Assembly (NCBI RefSeq): GCF_001194135.2
Contig: NC_068989.1
Coordinates: 38,363,298 to 38,427,297, forward strand
Source: Octopus bimaculoides
Taxonomy: Eukaryota
DNA length: 64,000 nt
Reading direction: 5' to 3'
The notes under the pieces are model-generated. The model was not told the origin of the DNA. It saw only the letters and a program-made list of their open reading frames with translations, and made no database searches. This document shows, in pieces, positions 24,612-35,115 of the stretch (position 1 is the first letter of the stretch; each line of letters begins with the position of its first letter). The position numbers and the translations under genes were made by a program.

Positions 24612-25324
24612 TACACATATAATGTACATATTTAATATGTAACCTATTGTAAAATATTTGGCCAGATTCCTTGCTCTTGTTTGTTTTCTTTTAGTTCTGT
24701 TTGTGGTTTTGCCATGGTTTCCAGTTCCTATATTATTGTGGTACCACTATTATATAAATAAACTAATTGAATAATGAAGTAAAACTTCTGAAACTAAAGT
24801 GGAAAATGAATAGCATTCTGTAACTTAATACTTTTTTTTACATTTCACTCTCATATTTTTATAACAATCATGGCTATTAAAGCATTTTTATTTGAACACA
24901 GTATTTCAAATCTAAACAATAATATATTACTATAGCAACAGTTGCTATAGAAACAATTCAACCTCTGCTTGATGAATGTCCATGCTTCTACAGCAATGGA
25001 TGAAATGAATGTTCAACAGATAACAGTTTATAACAGAAGTAACATACATAATCACATTGTTTCCTTTATAGATATAGATATTGGTGTAATTAGGTACATT
25101 GCTTTATGGTTGATTAAAAACATAAATAAACATAATCAAACATTTTGATTACATTAAATCATTCCCATATTTTTGTCATGTTTGCATTAATGTAAACAGG
25201 ATATTACGTGAACTTTGTTTACTAAGAGTTGTTAATGACTGTAGTTGCTCATAGCAATGGTAATCCCATCATCAGAATATAAAAGCAGCATTATCATGGT
25301 ATTAGTATTAACATGATAAGTGTA

Positions 25325-25640
25325 ATATGGCAGATAGGTTAAGCAGTTTGCTTTTCAATCATGAGGTTTGAATTCGATCACACTGTGTAACATCTTGGAC
25401 CAATATCCAAAGATCACAAGCTCAATTCTTGGAGACATGCCATGTCCTTGAGCAAGGCACTTCATTTCATGTTGCTTCAGTCTGCTGGACTGAAAATGAG
25501 TATCAGCCATCTGCAGATGCAGCTCTTTCTTTCTCTAGCTGTCACATCCTTCACATTCCGCTGAGTCATCAAGGGGGAGAACTGAGACAGTGTTGAAATA
25601 TGCTCATGACTACATCTGAAACAATAAGTGAAAGCAAAGT
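25325..25640 (+). mobile_element. Decayed SINE head plus second-family CORE-like SINE
   Basis: B-box-like GGTTTGAATTCGATC; CCTTGAGCAAGGCACTTCATTTCATGTTGC matches 15310-15599 in reverse. Confidence 0.6.
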
Positions 25641-25776
25641 ATATGTAACCAAGTAATACTTGCTTCCAAGTGATGGGTATATTTTTTCATATGTATATTG
25701 TGTATATGTGCACACACACATATTGATGGATTTTTTGTTCATCTCTCTCTCTCTCTCTCTCTGTGTCTATATATAT

Positions 25777-25811
<35 letters not shown>

Positions 25812-25924
25812 GATATCCTTGTGTATATATATATGTGCATGCATGTACACAGAGTATACAAATATATGTGAACTACAGCAAGTCATGAAGGTAAGGTGAC
25901 CAAACAAAATGTTATGCACCAAAT

Positions 25925-25996
25925 AATATAGAAAATATTGCATTTTCATATCGTAAAAAATATTTCCTTCTTGTGAAGAGTTAAAAAAACAAATAC
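25925..25996 (+). repeat. 72-bp dispersed duplicate of 22158-22238, flanked by a 16-bp direct repeat
   Basis: ATGTTATGCACCAAAT at 25909-25924 and 25997-26012; the insert aligns to the 22.16-22.24 kb sequence with two short gaps. Confidence 0.8.
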
Positions 25997-26493
25997 ATGT
26001 TATGCACCAAATTCCTGGGACCAGAAATGCAACAGAATTGATTATAGGCAAAGGAGTTATGCTCAAGAGTGTTTTTTCAGTGCAATGGACTGTTCTCACA
26101 AAATTTAGGCCCCTAAAAACTTTGAATTTAAGTACGACACATGCACACACACACACATATATGGGTGCATGCACACACATATACAGGCGCATGCACATAC
26201 ACAGGCTCGCGTACACACACAAGCCTGTTAGATAAATGCTTAGATGAATATTATTGAGACATTGATTTACAACCACATGCCTTTCCTCGTGCTAACCCTT
26301 ACCTGTTTTCAACTAAAGCTTTGAAGGCATAAAATGAGTGGATGATATTTTGATAAAAGAAAGACACCAACAAAGCAATGCATGAACATCATGACTTTTG
26401 AAAAAGCAAGTGGCAGATGTAACCAAATGCATACATGTATGCACACACACAACAAAGTACAAGGTATGTTGGTGTCCGTTTAACAAATTCATT

Positions 26494-26620
26494 CACAAGA
26501 TTTGGTTTGCTAAGGGTTATAGCAGAAGCACACACCCAAAGTGCCACATAGTGGGACTGAGTTCAAAATCATATGGCTGGAAAACAAACTTATTAACTAC
26601 TAGCGATACCTCTGCACCTA
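26494..26620 (-). mobile_element. SINE head fragment
   Basis: CCCAAAGTGCCACATAGTGGGACTGA matches 14817-14840 and 15201-15225. Confidence 0.7.
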
Positions 26621-27429
26621 AACACACAACTAGTGTAACATTTTAAGAAAATTTGCTATGAAATCAAACATGATATTCATCCTCTGTCCTTCTTCACTTT
26701 TCATATTTTCTGTTCATCAATTTCTTTACCTATTTACCTTTGTTTGTTTGTATATATATATAAATAGCAAGATAGTTGACTCTATTTTGTTAAAAATGTA
26801 GCGCAACAGTTGGCTGACACAGAGAGTCAAGTTCTCTGTATCATAGAACTATGTTTAACACTATTTTTAACAGATCAATAATCAACTGCTTTTAATGCAA
26901 TTTGTTTTTGGCATAATCATCTCTATTAATGCAGATCTTGAGAGGAACTTATGTGATATATAAGCAGACAATACTACTCATTGCCAGCCATTTTGTTGCT
27001 GATATATTCAATGTCATAAACTCTCCCAACTTCTACCAGATTTGCTTATTAAAAGTTCTTGTTTCTGAATTTTTGTGCTGCTTTTTATATAGTTTCTCTC
27101 GCATGCATTTTTGTTTATAATGAAATCTGTCTTGCTCACACATCTTAGACAATTTACTTCTCAGCAAACTTATATTTGCTGTAACCCTTTACTTTTTTTA
27201 TATATTGCATAAAAAAATACTGTTTACTCACAACATTGCTTTGTTCTGCAAAAGGTTTTAGTTAAGTATGCTGTCCATTCTTTTAACATGAAAATTCATT
27301 TATACTCACTCAAACAATGCATAAATGAGGGTACTTTTTTTTATATGTCACAAAAATACACTGTAAAAACCACATCCACATTGCAATAACTAAGTCCCAT
27401 TCACAAGGTGATCCAAAAACATAGAAATT

Positions 27430-27670
27430 TGTAAAGCAAAACTTTACAGTCATTCTGATAAACATGTATCCATGCTTGTATGAATCATATGAAATATCTT
27501 GAGGCAGATTTTCTGCCATCAGATGCACTTCCAGTTGACAACTCTCACTTGTTTTGGAGCAAGATAATGTTTTCCCATGACTGAATATGTTTTCTTCTAT
27601 GATTGGAAATGAATGATACACTTGCCTGATGGTGACACTCATTTACATCCATCATTCTATGACAAGACAA
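27430..27670 (-). mobile_element. SINE body with RTE-type tail
   Basis: Reverse complement matches the plus-strand copies at 30900-31130 and 33510-33770. Confidence 0.65.
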
Positions 27671-27699
27671 AAAAAAAGCACAAGCACATACATACATAC

Positions 27700-27975
27700 T
27701 TCGCATCGAAGGTTGTCGATTGTCGTACGTTGAGGACGGGTAAATACCCAGAAACTCGAGTCCGTACGTATCGCAGATCAAGATGGGAAGGATGACTTCC
27801 CTTTGCAAATACAGACAGGACACAGATGTGTGTCGATAGCCAGCTGGAGGAGATGTTCTCCTGGGGCTAAAAGCAACAGTAACATCCACCCTTAGGGGTC
27901 AGCCACATTTAAGTGGCAAATATACTTCACCTTGTGCAGTTACTGTTAATACCTCATTCAGAGATTTAACATTAT
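27700..27975 (+). mobile_element. ORF-less, CpG-rich, hairpin-rich element carrying a hammerhead ribozyme (retrozyme or PLE-terminus-like)
   Basis: High CpG density against a depleted background; hammerhead plus at least four further hairpins; runs into the assembly gap. Confidence 0.6.
27717..27773 (+). ncRNA. Type I hammerhead ribozyme (predicted cleavage after GUC, C27762)
   Basis: Helix I CGTACG 27724-29/27763-68 plus CGAT/ATCG extension; core TTGAGGA 27730-36; helix II GGGT-AAAT-ACCC 27738-49; GAAA 27751-54; palindromic helix III ACTCGAGT 27754-61; C17. Deviations from consensus: U3 instead of C3, and a C.A mismatch closing helix II. Confidence 0.7.
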
Positions 27976-28041
27976 NNNNNNNNNNNNNNNNNNNNNNNNN
28001 NNNNNNNNNNNNNNNNNNNNNNNNNNNNNNNNNNNNNNNNN
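27976..28041. other. Assembly gap (66 N)
   Basis: Run of N. Confidence 1.
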
Positions 28042-28104
28042 AAGAATGTACATTAAGTACAGGACATTGCCAGTGAGTGAAAAATGTGTAACACACACAC
28101 ACTC

Positions 28105-28235
28105 GATGAGCTTCTTTCAGTTTCCATCTGCCAAATTCATTTCACAAAGCTTTGGTTAATCCACAGCTGTAGAAATTTGGTAGAACCGGGAAACAGGTGG
28201 TCAAAGGCAAGCTTCTTCACCACACAGATAAGCTT
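28105..28235 (-). mobile_element. SINE head fragment
   Basis: GCTTCTTTCAGTTTCCATCT...CACAAAGCTTTGGT...GCAAGCTTCTTCACCACACAG. Confidence 0.75.
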
Positions 28236-28399
28236 GTATCTGTATACAATGCCCCCCCCCCACCACCCCACCGAAAGAAATATTTATATATATGTGTGTG
28301 TGTACTATGTTATGATACTAAGTGCCCAATTTACAATCATGATGCTCAGTTCATGTTCCAACATTCCAGGTTTAGGTTCTATAAGATTTCACTGTTTTG

Positions 28400-28740
28400 A
28401 CATCAATTGGACTGGCTGAAAGCTGATATCACACATTGAAGATTTTGTAAATTCTTGGGATATTATCTTGGGAAACAGGCACTTGAACTGAGTCATCAGT
28501 CAAAGTTCCACATATTGTGGGACTTCCTGGTAGATATTTACCTTGATATTTTCAACAATCCACTATGCAATTTTGTGTGAATATACACACCACTTGTGGG
28601 TTTACTTGTTGTCTTTTGAAGTACACTACCCCAAAATAATGTAGATAGTAACAGACCAAGTAAGTACACAGCCTTGTTTGACTCCATCAGTGATAGAAAG
28701 GTGGTTGAACTGTTGCTTGCAAGAGAGGTTGTAACAGACA
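28400..28740 (-). mobile_element. RTE/BovB-like RT fragment
   Basis: Minus-strand frames give DGVKQGCVL and GVYIHTK...GLLKISR, matching the BovB-type RT region before 'LFADD'; frameshifted. Confidence 0.6.
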
Positions 28741-30714
28741 AACAGTTATAAAATTACTTGACAACATATGTAATATAAATGTGTTTTTATGTATATATAT
28801 GTACATTTGCATATATATGTACGTATATCAGTATATAGATATGTGTGTGTGTATGTATAAATGTATGTTTGCATGTGATTTCTTAACTTCATTTCTACTT
28901 AGGACTGAAGAGTTTGTTCATTGAATGTTTCTATTAGTGGTTCCCAAAACAATGATTAAATAAATCAAGGTAGTAGAAGATGTAATATACAAAGACAGGA
29001 AAAAATGTTCTAGAAATTTTTCCAATAACCAAAATAGATCCTGTTTAAATTAATGTTCTATATTTTCGAAGATATTATATTCCAAATATATCTCTTCAGC
29101 AGCAACATCATCGAGAATAATAGCCATGCACCCCATCCCAACCTTCACCAAAAAAAAAATTTTAAATGTTCTTGGAAAAATTATTTTATAACTCATATAT
29201 GTTACAATAACAACAAAAAAACCTTGACACAAAAAACAACAACCTGAATAAACACCATTAACAACTCCAATCACCTCAAAACATGAATAATAACAACGAA
29301 ATCTGTGAATAAAATAAGTATCCCATGGAAGAAGAAAATATTTAAATGTGTAGCAGGAACATTATAGTAACATTAACAACATAGCAGCAACAAGCAGTAA
29401 CAACTCCAACAGGAAAGATGATGATGATAACTTAAATAATTGCTTCTTCTTACACAGGAAAGATGCTTGAGATTTTTAGAGAAGGTTAAATAAGAAAGTG
29501 TGATGTTCATATATCGTTACCTTGAGCATCAGTCATGTAAGCAGTGAAATGAAGTGGTTTCAGCTGCATATCTGAAACGGTAGGTGATTTTGACACCCTG
29601 ATAATTTATCACTAAAATACATAAGAACATCTTCTCATGCACGCAACATAACTGTGTATGGCATTTTTTACAGCAGCAGCAAATGTAACAAAGGGACCCT
29701 ATATAGACACTCACCTTGCTAAAAATTGGTGACAAATCTCCCACAGATCTCCAAAACTCCACATTCACTAGCTAGAAAAGGATACTCTAGATAATGTAAC
29801 TTAAGATATGCTATCTCTGAATGAAAGACTAGCTGGTCAGTTGGAATATATATATGTTGGATAAGAACTGATCTGGATCTAAACTACAATCTATATACTA
29901 GGTGCTAAAAACTAACTGTATCACTCAGCCTACACAAGCATATACATCTATATATATATACGTTGAAAGGTTTTGGCCAGTATTGGCCAGTATTGGCCCA
30001 GGCCACATCTAACTTAATAGCACCACCTGGCAAATATATTTTTCTTCTGCAAACTTTTAGGAATGAATTTTTCCAGATGCTGATCACTGCTAGTTTCCTT
30101 GTATCTGTGATTTTTCCAAAACACATACAAACACAAATATAGAAACACATAAATACACTCTCCTACACACACACACACACACGCATGCACGCATGCACGC
30201 AAGCACACACACATACACACACAGTCACTTGCACACATACACACGCCATACACATGCCACATGCACACACACACATACACATAACAGGCATATATGTACA
30301 CGTTAACTGTTAAAGATCTGTAGTACTCAGTTTTGTTAGAAATTCAAGTTTTTGATAAGAGGTAGTCCATGGAAATATGACTATTGCATGCATTGACATA
30401 AAATTTACTCATGGTCATTGGTAGTCACTGTGAATATGATTTTTACCCATTGTTGATTTTTACCTGTTGTCAAGTCACTTTCACAATGTAGGTAGAATAC
30501 AGTTGTAGATTACATATGTTTTCACATATTTACAAGACATCAATGGATATTGACTTCCTGCTTAAATCAGGAATAGATAAATCATTGATAAATAATATCA
30601 CTGGATTCTAATTCACCACTTGGGATATTAATGGCTATTAAGTTCAAAAATCAAAGGAAGAAAAATTTGGAGAAATTTATTTGATAAATCATTAAATATA
30701 AAAGATATGGCTAT

Positions 30715-31130
30715 AAGTACAGGTGTAGTCACGTGGTTAACAGGCTTACCTCCCAACCATGTGATCTTGAATTCAATCCTACTGCATGGCTCCTGGTGCA
30801 TATGTCTTCTACACTGAGATAACCAAAGCCTTGTGGATGGATGGATTTGGTAGACAAATATTGAAAAAAGCCCGTATATGTGTGTGTGTGTGTGAGTGTA
30901 CCTTTGTCTATTTATTACATGATGGATGTAAATAAGCTTCACCATCATACAAGTAAGGTTGTTCATTTCCAGTCTTCTGTGAAAAGAATGTCTAACTCTT
31001 ACATGAAAATGGGTGGGGGTTGGCAGAAGAAAGGGCATCTACTTGTAGAAAATTTGATGCAAATCATTTCATTGGACCCATATGAACATGAAAAAGTAGA
31101 TGTTGAATGATGATGGTGATAATGATGACA
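30715..31130 (+). mobile_element. Full SINE: tRNA/CORE head plus RTE-type tail
   Basis: A/B-box-like head, CCAAAGCCTTGTG, (GT)n, then GACCCATATGAACATGAAAAAGTAGATGTTGAATGATGATG tail. Confidence 0.75.
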
Positions 31131-31499
31131 TGATGCAAATGTTTCTAAAATGAGGGTAAACTTTGTTTCTCATACTGAAGACCACTTAGGTCTAGTTTTT
31201 GACTCTGAATAAAAGAACCCCACTATTTGAACTGTACTTTCATGCAGTTAAAGATTTGATGATTGGTGCAGATATCTGCTGTATAGGACTTTAAGAGTTA
31301 ATCTATCATCTGCACTTTAACTTCTCATCTCTCTGTCCCCTGTCCTCTTAACCTCCCCTGTTCTCCCTCTCTCCTGTCAACTGTAAGACGCTCTGTTTCC
31401 TCTCAATCATGCTCTCACTTCCTTCTTACTCTTCTCTTCACTGTTTTGGTAATGTTGTATCTAATGAACAGAAGACACTGCAGTGTTGATTTTTTAATG

Positions 31500-31815
31500 T
31501 TGCAGTTTAGAACACAGCCTCAGTAGTGCTGGTGTCATCATAAAATGCATCTAGAACACTCTGTAAGATGCTTACCAAAGGATCATAGAAAATGGTTGTG
31601 AGTACTCTTCCGTCAGTCCAAAGATACTACTGCTTCAATGGAAACATGTTTTTTATGAAAACATATCCAGACTAGGGTATGATATTACCTTACTTAGAAA
31701 CAGGTGGAGGTTAGTGAGCATTTATGCATAGAGTGTCTGTCTCAACAAATCTCAACAAATCCCACCTGACCTTGCGAGTATGGAAAAATAGACATTAAAA
31801 TAATGATGATGATGA
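31500..31815 (+). mobile_element. RTE 3'-derived repeat
   Basis: GTGCTGGTGTCATCATAAAATGCATC and tail GAGTATGGAAAAATAGACATTAAAATAATGATGATG. Confidence 0.55.
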
Positions 31816-32369
31816 TATATAAAAAGTATATATTACTAAAATGTTGATAAATCAATCTTATATTTGTAAAAATAAGAAAATATATTTAATAATACGACTT
31901 ACTTTGGTTGCTACTTCTGCTATAGGAAATATGTAACTCATATGTGTGTTTGTGTGTCTATAAATATGTAAGTCATATGACAATAGTATGTACGAATGTG
32001 TATATGTTGGCATATATGTAGGGTGCTTGAGGGAAGATAAAATATAAATGAATACCAAATATTTCTATTTGTAATATTTTTCCTTTTTGCTAATTTGTTG
32101 AAGCTGATTTACTTGAGCATTTGGATTTAGAGAGCAAAAAGTTGTTTTTCTTTTTAGTTAACATTTCAATTGAGTTTTTGGCTATATTTTATGAAGTAAA
32201 TAGTATCAAAATGGATTAGATTTGATATTATATAGGGAAAGGGTTAAATATACAACTATTTCAGCAATGCATAATATTTTGTTTATGACTATTCTTTCTT
32301 TTTTCTAATAATTTTTATATGAAAGATTTCTTTCACATTGACTTTATCTATCTTCATAACAATTTTACT

Positions 32370-33087
32370 ATGTCTGTGTGGTTAAGACGTTTGCTTTGCA
32401 ACCACATAGATAGGTAAGTATCCTTTATTATGGCCTCAGGCTCACCACTGTTGTGTAAGTGGAATTGGTACATTGGAAAAGGCAAATAAAAAGTCCATCC
32501 ATCCAGCCAGCCATACATGCATAGATAGATAAGAAAATTAAGGATAAACTGTTTCTATTTGTGTTTCACCTTTATGGTTGTTATAACATATATAAAAATA
32601 TACATTATATGTGTGTATGTTTCTTCTGCTTGTCTTAGTATTGTACATTTCATTAAAACAAGATCACTGTCCATGCCATGGTGTCATTGCATTGATCACA
32701 GTCTGCCATAAAAACAAGTTTGACCATTGAGCTGTTCAATGTTAAGAGAGAAAGGGAAGATATTACCTTACTTTGTAACGGGTTGGAGTTGTAGAAACAT
32801 TACCTCAGTGATTTTTGTTTGACCCATGCCAGCTTAGAAAAATGGACATTAAAACAGTGATGATTTTGATGATGCTGTATCATTAAATCTTAGTTTAACT
32901 AACCCATAAAGAAAATAAAAATTTAGAATTTCAGTTGATGAGACAATAGGTGCAAAAATGGCTGCATGGTTAAGAAGATTACTTCCTAACCATGGGAACA
33001 ACATATTGGCAATTGTCTTCTACTATAGACCTGGGTTATACAAAGTCTTGTGAGTGGGTTTGGTTCACAGAAGTTAAAAGAAGCTTG

Positions 33088-33138
<51 letters not shown>

Positions 33139-33770
33139 TAGTAATATGACCTACATTTATGGCAGCTAATTCCTCCCTTTGACCAGTGGGGTTAAGAAGT
33201 TAGTCTGAGCTATTTTTAGAACGATACTACCATGTGGTTGAATAAACAAATACATAAAAAACAAATTTTTTTCAGTTGGAATTATTTTCCATTTCAAAGA
33301 AATCAAATGCCCTGATGAAGCCCTTGATGGATTATAGCATCATGATGCACTAAATGATGCAGAGGATGCACTTTGATAGCGGTAGAAATGTTATGTAGGT
33401 GGAAATAGAAGAACATAGATGACTATATAATGAAGAATATTCTCTATTCTTTGTTTTCCTTAAACTGATTCATTACACACACACACACACATATACGTGT
33501 GTGTGAATGAGTGTGCCATTATCTTGACATTATAGGATAGTTGTAAATGAGGCTCACTGTTAATAAAGCAATAGTGTTCATTTCCGGTTTCCTGTGAGAA
33601 AGCCTGTCTGGCCATGGGGAAATGCTACTTGTTTGGGAATAGGGGAGGGTTGGTGACAGGAAGAGCATCTGGTTGTACAAAATCAACCTCAAAAAATTCT
33701 ATCTGACCTATGCAAGCAAGGAAAATGGATGTTAAAATGATGATGATGTTAATGATAATGATGATGATGA
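32370..33770 (+). mobile_element. Cluster of three decayed SINE copies (about 32370-32880, 32945-33135, 33490-33770)
   Basis: Head motifs at 32370 and 32950; RTE-type tails at 32820-32875 and 33700-33770. Confidence 0.6.
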
Positions 33771-34254
33771 GGAATTTATGAAACTAAGGCGATAAAAGTC
33801 TTGGCTCCCTAGAAAATAAAGACCTGAATTAATTTGTCAATATCTAAAATTTTGAGCTTAATGCAACAACATTAAAAGGCAGAATCAAAACAAAATCTGT
33901 GTGTCCTCAGTACCTGAGGATCAAGATACTTTTGTAGTCCCATCCATCACTATCTAATAGATATAATAGATGGGATGAAATTTCTGTAGCCCTGTACATC
34001 TGCATCTAGAGTTAAGGAAGGTACACCATTCCCTCTTCCTCCTCTAGCTATACTTCTGAGCAAAATGTTATATGAGAAGTGTAAGAATATGCAAGAGATT
34101 TCCAAGCATCACTGTATAGTTTTGAGATTGTATGTTCCATATTAGAGTTACATTCAGAAATAGAAAATTCAATTCCTCTCTGCATTTTAGGAACAAGCAA
34201 GAAGAGAACTTAAGGACTATGTAGATGAGTACCAGCTTCTGGAATTCATCTCCT

Positions 34255-35115
34255 GTTAAATACTAACAGGCTTGCTTCCTAATCACATGGTCCTGGGTTC
34301 AGTCCCACTTAGGGCAGGTGTCTTCTATGATAGCCTTGGGCTGATCAAAACCTTTGGATTTAGTAGATGAAAACTGAAAGAAACCTGTCATATATATATG
34401 CACGTGTGTGTGGATGTGCATGTGTTTGTGTCTTCATGTCTGTATTTATCTCCCACCATCGCTTGAGAACCAGTATGTTCACAGTCTGGCTCTTCACCAT
34501 AAAGTGCCCATATTTTGGTTGAGTCCCTCTAGCTTTACACCCCGTCATGTGACAGACTAGCCAAGTGCACTCCACTCAGCTTTATAAAGGAAGTTTTTCC
34601 TGCTGTTTCTTTAGTGAGGTAGATTTTGTATGAGTGAGTTCAGGTCTTTGGCAGAAAGCAAGTTTTATTTCATAGGCTGCCTCAGCTAACTTTTGCTGTG
34701 TACATTGTTCCTGTCCATCAGCAGAAGTTATGTCTTGTATGTGTTTTTCTTATTCTGTCCAGCATACATCATCATTATGTGCCATCTGCATGTTAAACTA
34801 TTGTGTATATATTCTGACTATTCCTTCAAGATGTATCTCTACAGCTTTTTAACAGGTTGAATAAATCATTGTACTTAATCCTGGTCTCTTCATTCTTCTT
34901 TATCTCTACACACAGCCTTACTCATTTATGAATTCAACCTTCAGCCACTAAAGTGTGTTTACATCCCCACAACTTAGTGGTTTGGCAAAAGGTATCAATA
35001 GAATAAGTACCAGGCTTAAAAAGTACTGGCATCAATTCATTTAATTAAAAGATCTTCAAAATGGTGCTCCAGCATCTCCACACTCTGATGCCTGAAACAA
35101 GTAAAAGATAAAAGA
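34255..35115 (+). mobile_element. SINE split by a 470-bp minus-strand LINE-like insert (34483-34952)
   Basis: The head and (TG)n run to 34482 and the SINE tail resumes at 34953 (GTGTGTTTACATCCCC...AAACAAGTAAAAGATAAAAG); the insert has RTE-like RT remnants. Confidence 0.6.

Noticed and set aside
27699-27815. Minus-strand exon-like frame (AKGSHPSHLDLRYVRTRVSGYLPVLNVRQSTTFDAK) ending at a GTATGT donor-like site
   Set aside because: The donor-like site is just the adjacent (TATG)n repeat, no good acceptor was found, and the plus-strand hammerhead explains the sequence better.
33311-33395. Perfect CTGATGA core half with a distant GAAATGTT
   Set aside because: No helix II closing onto GAAA and no helix I pairing could be drawn without several assumed mutations.
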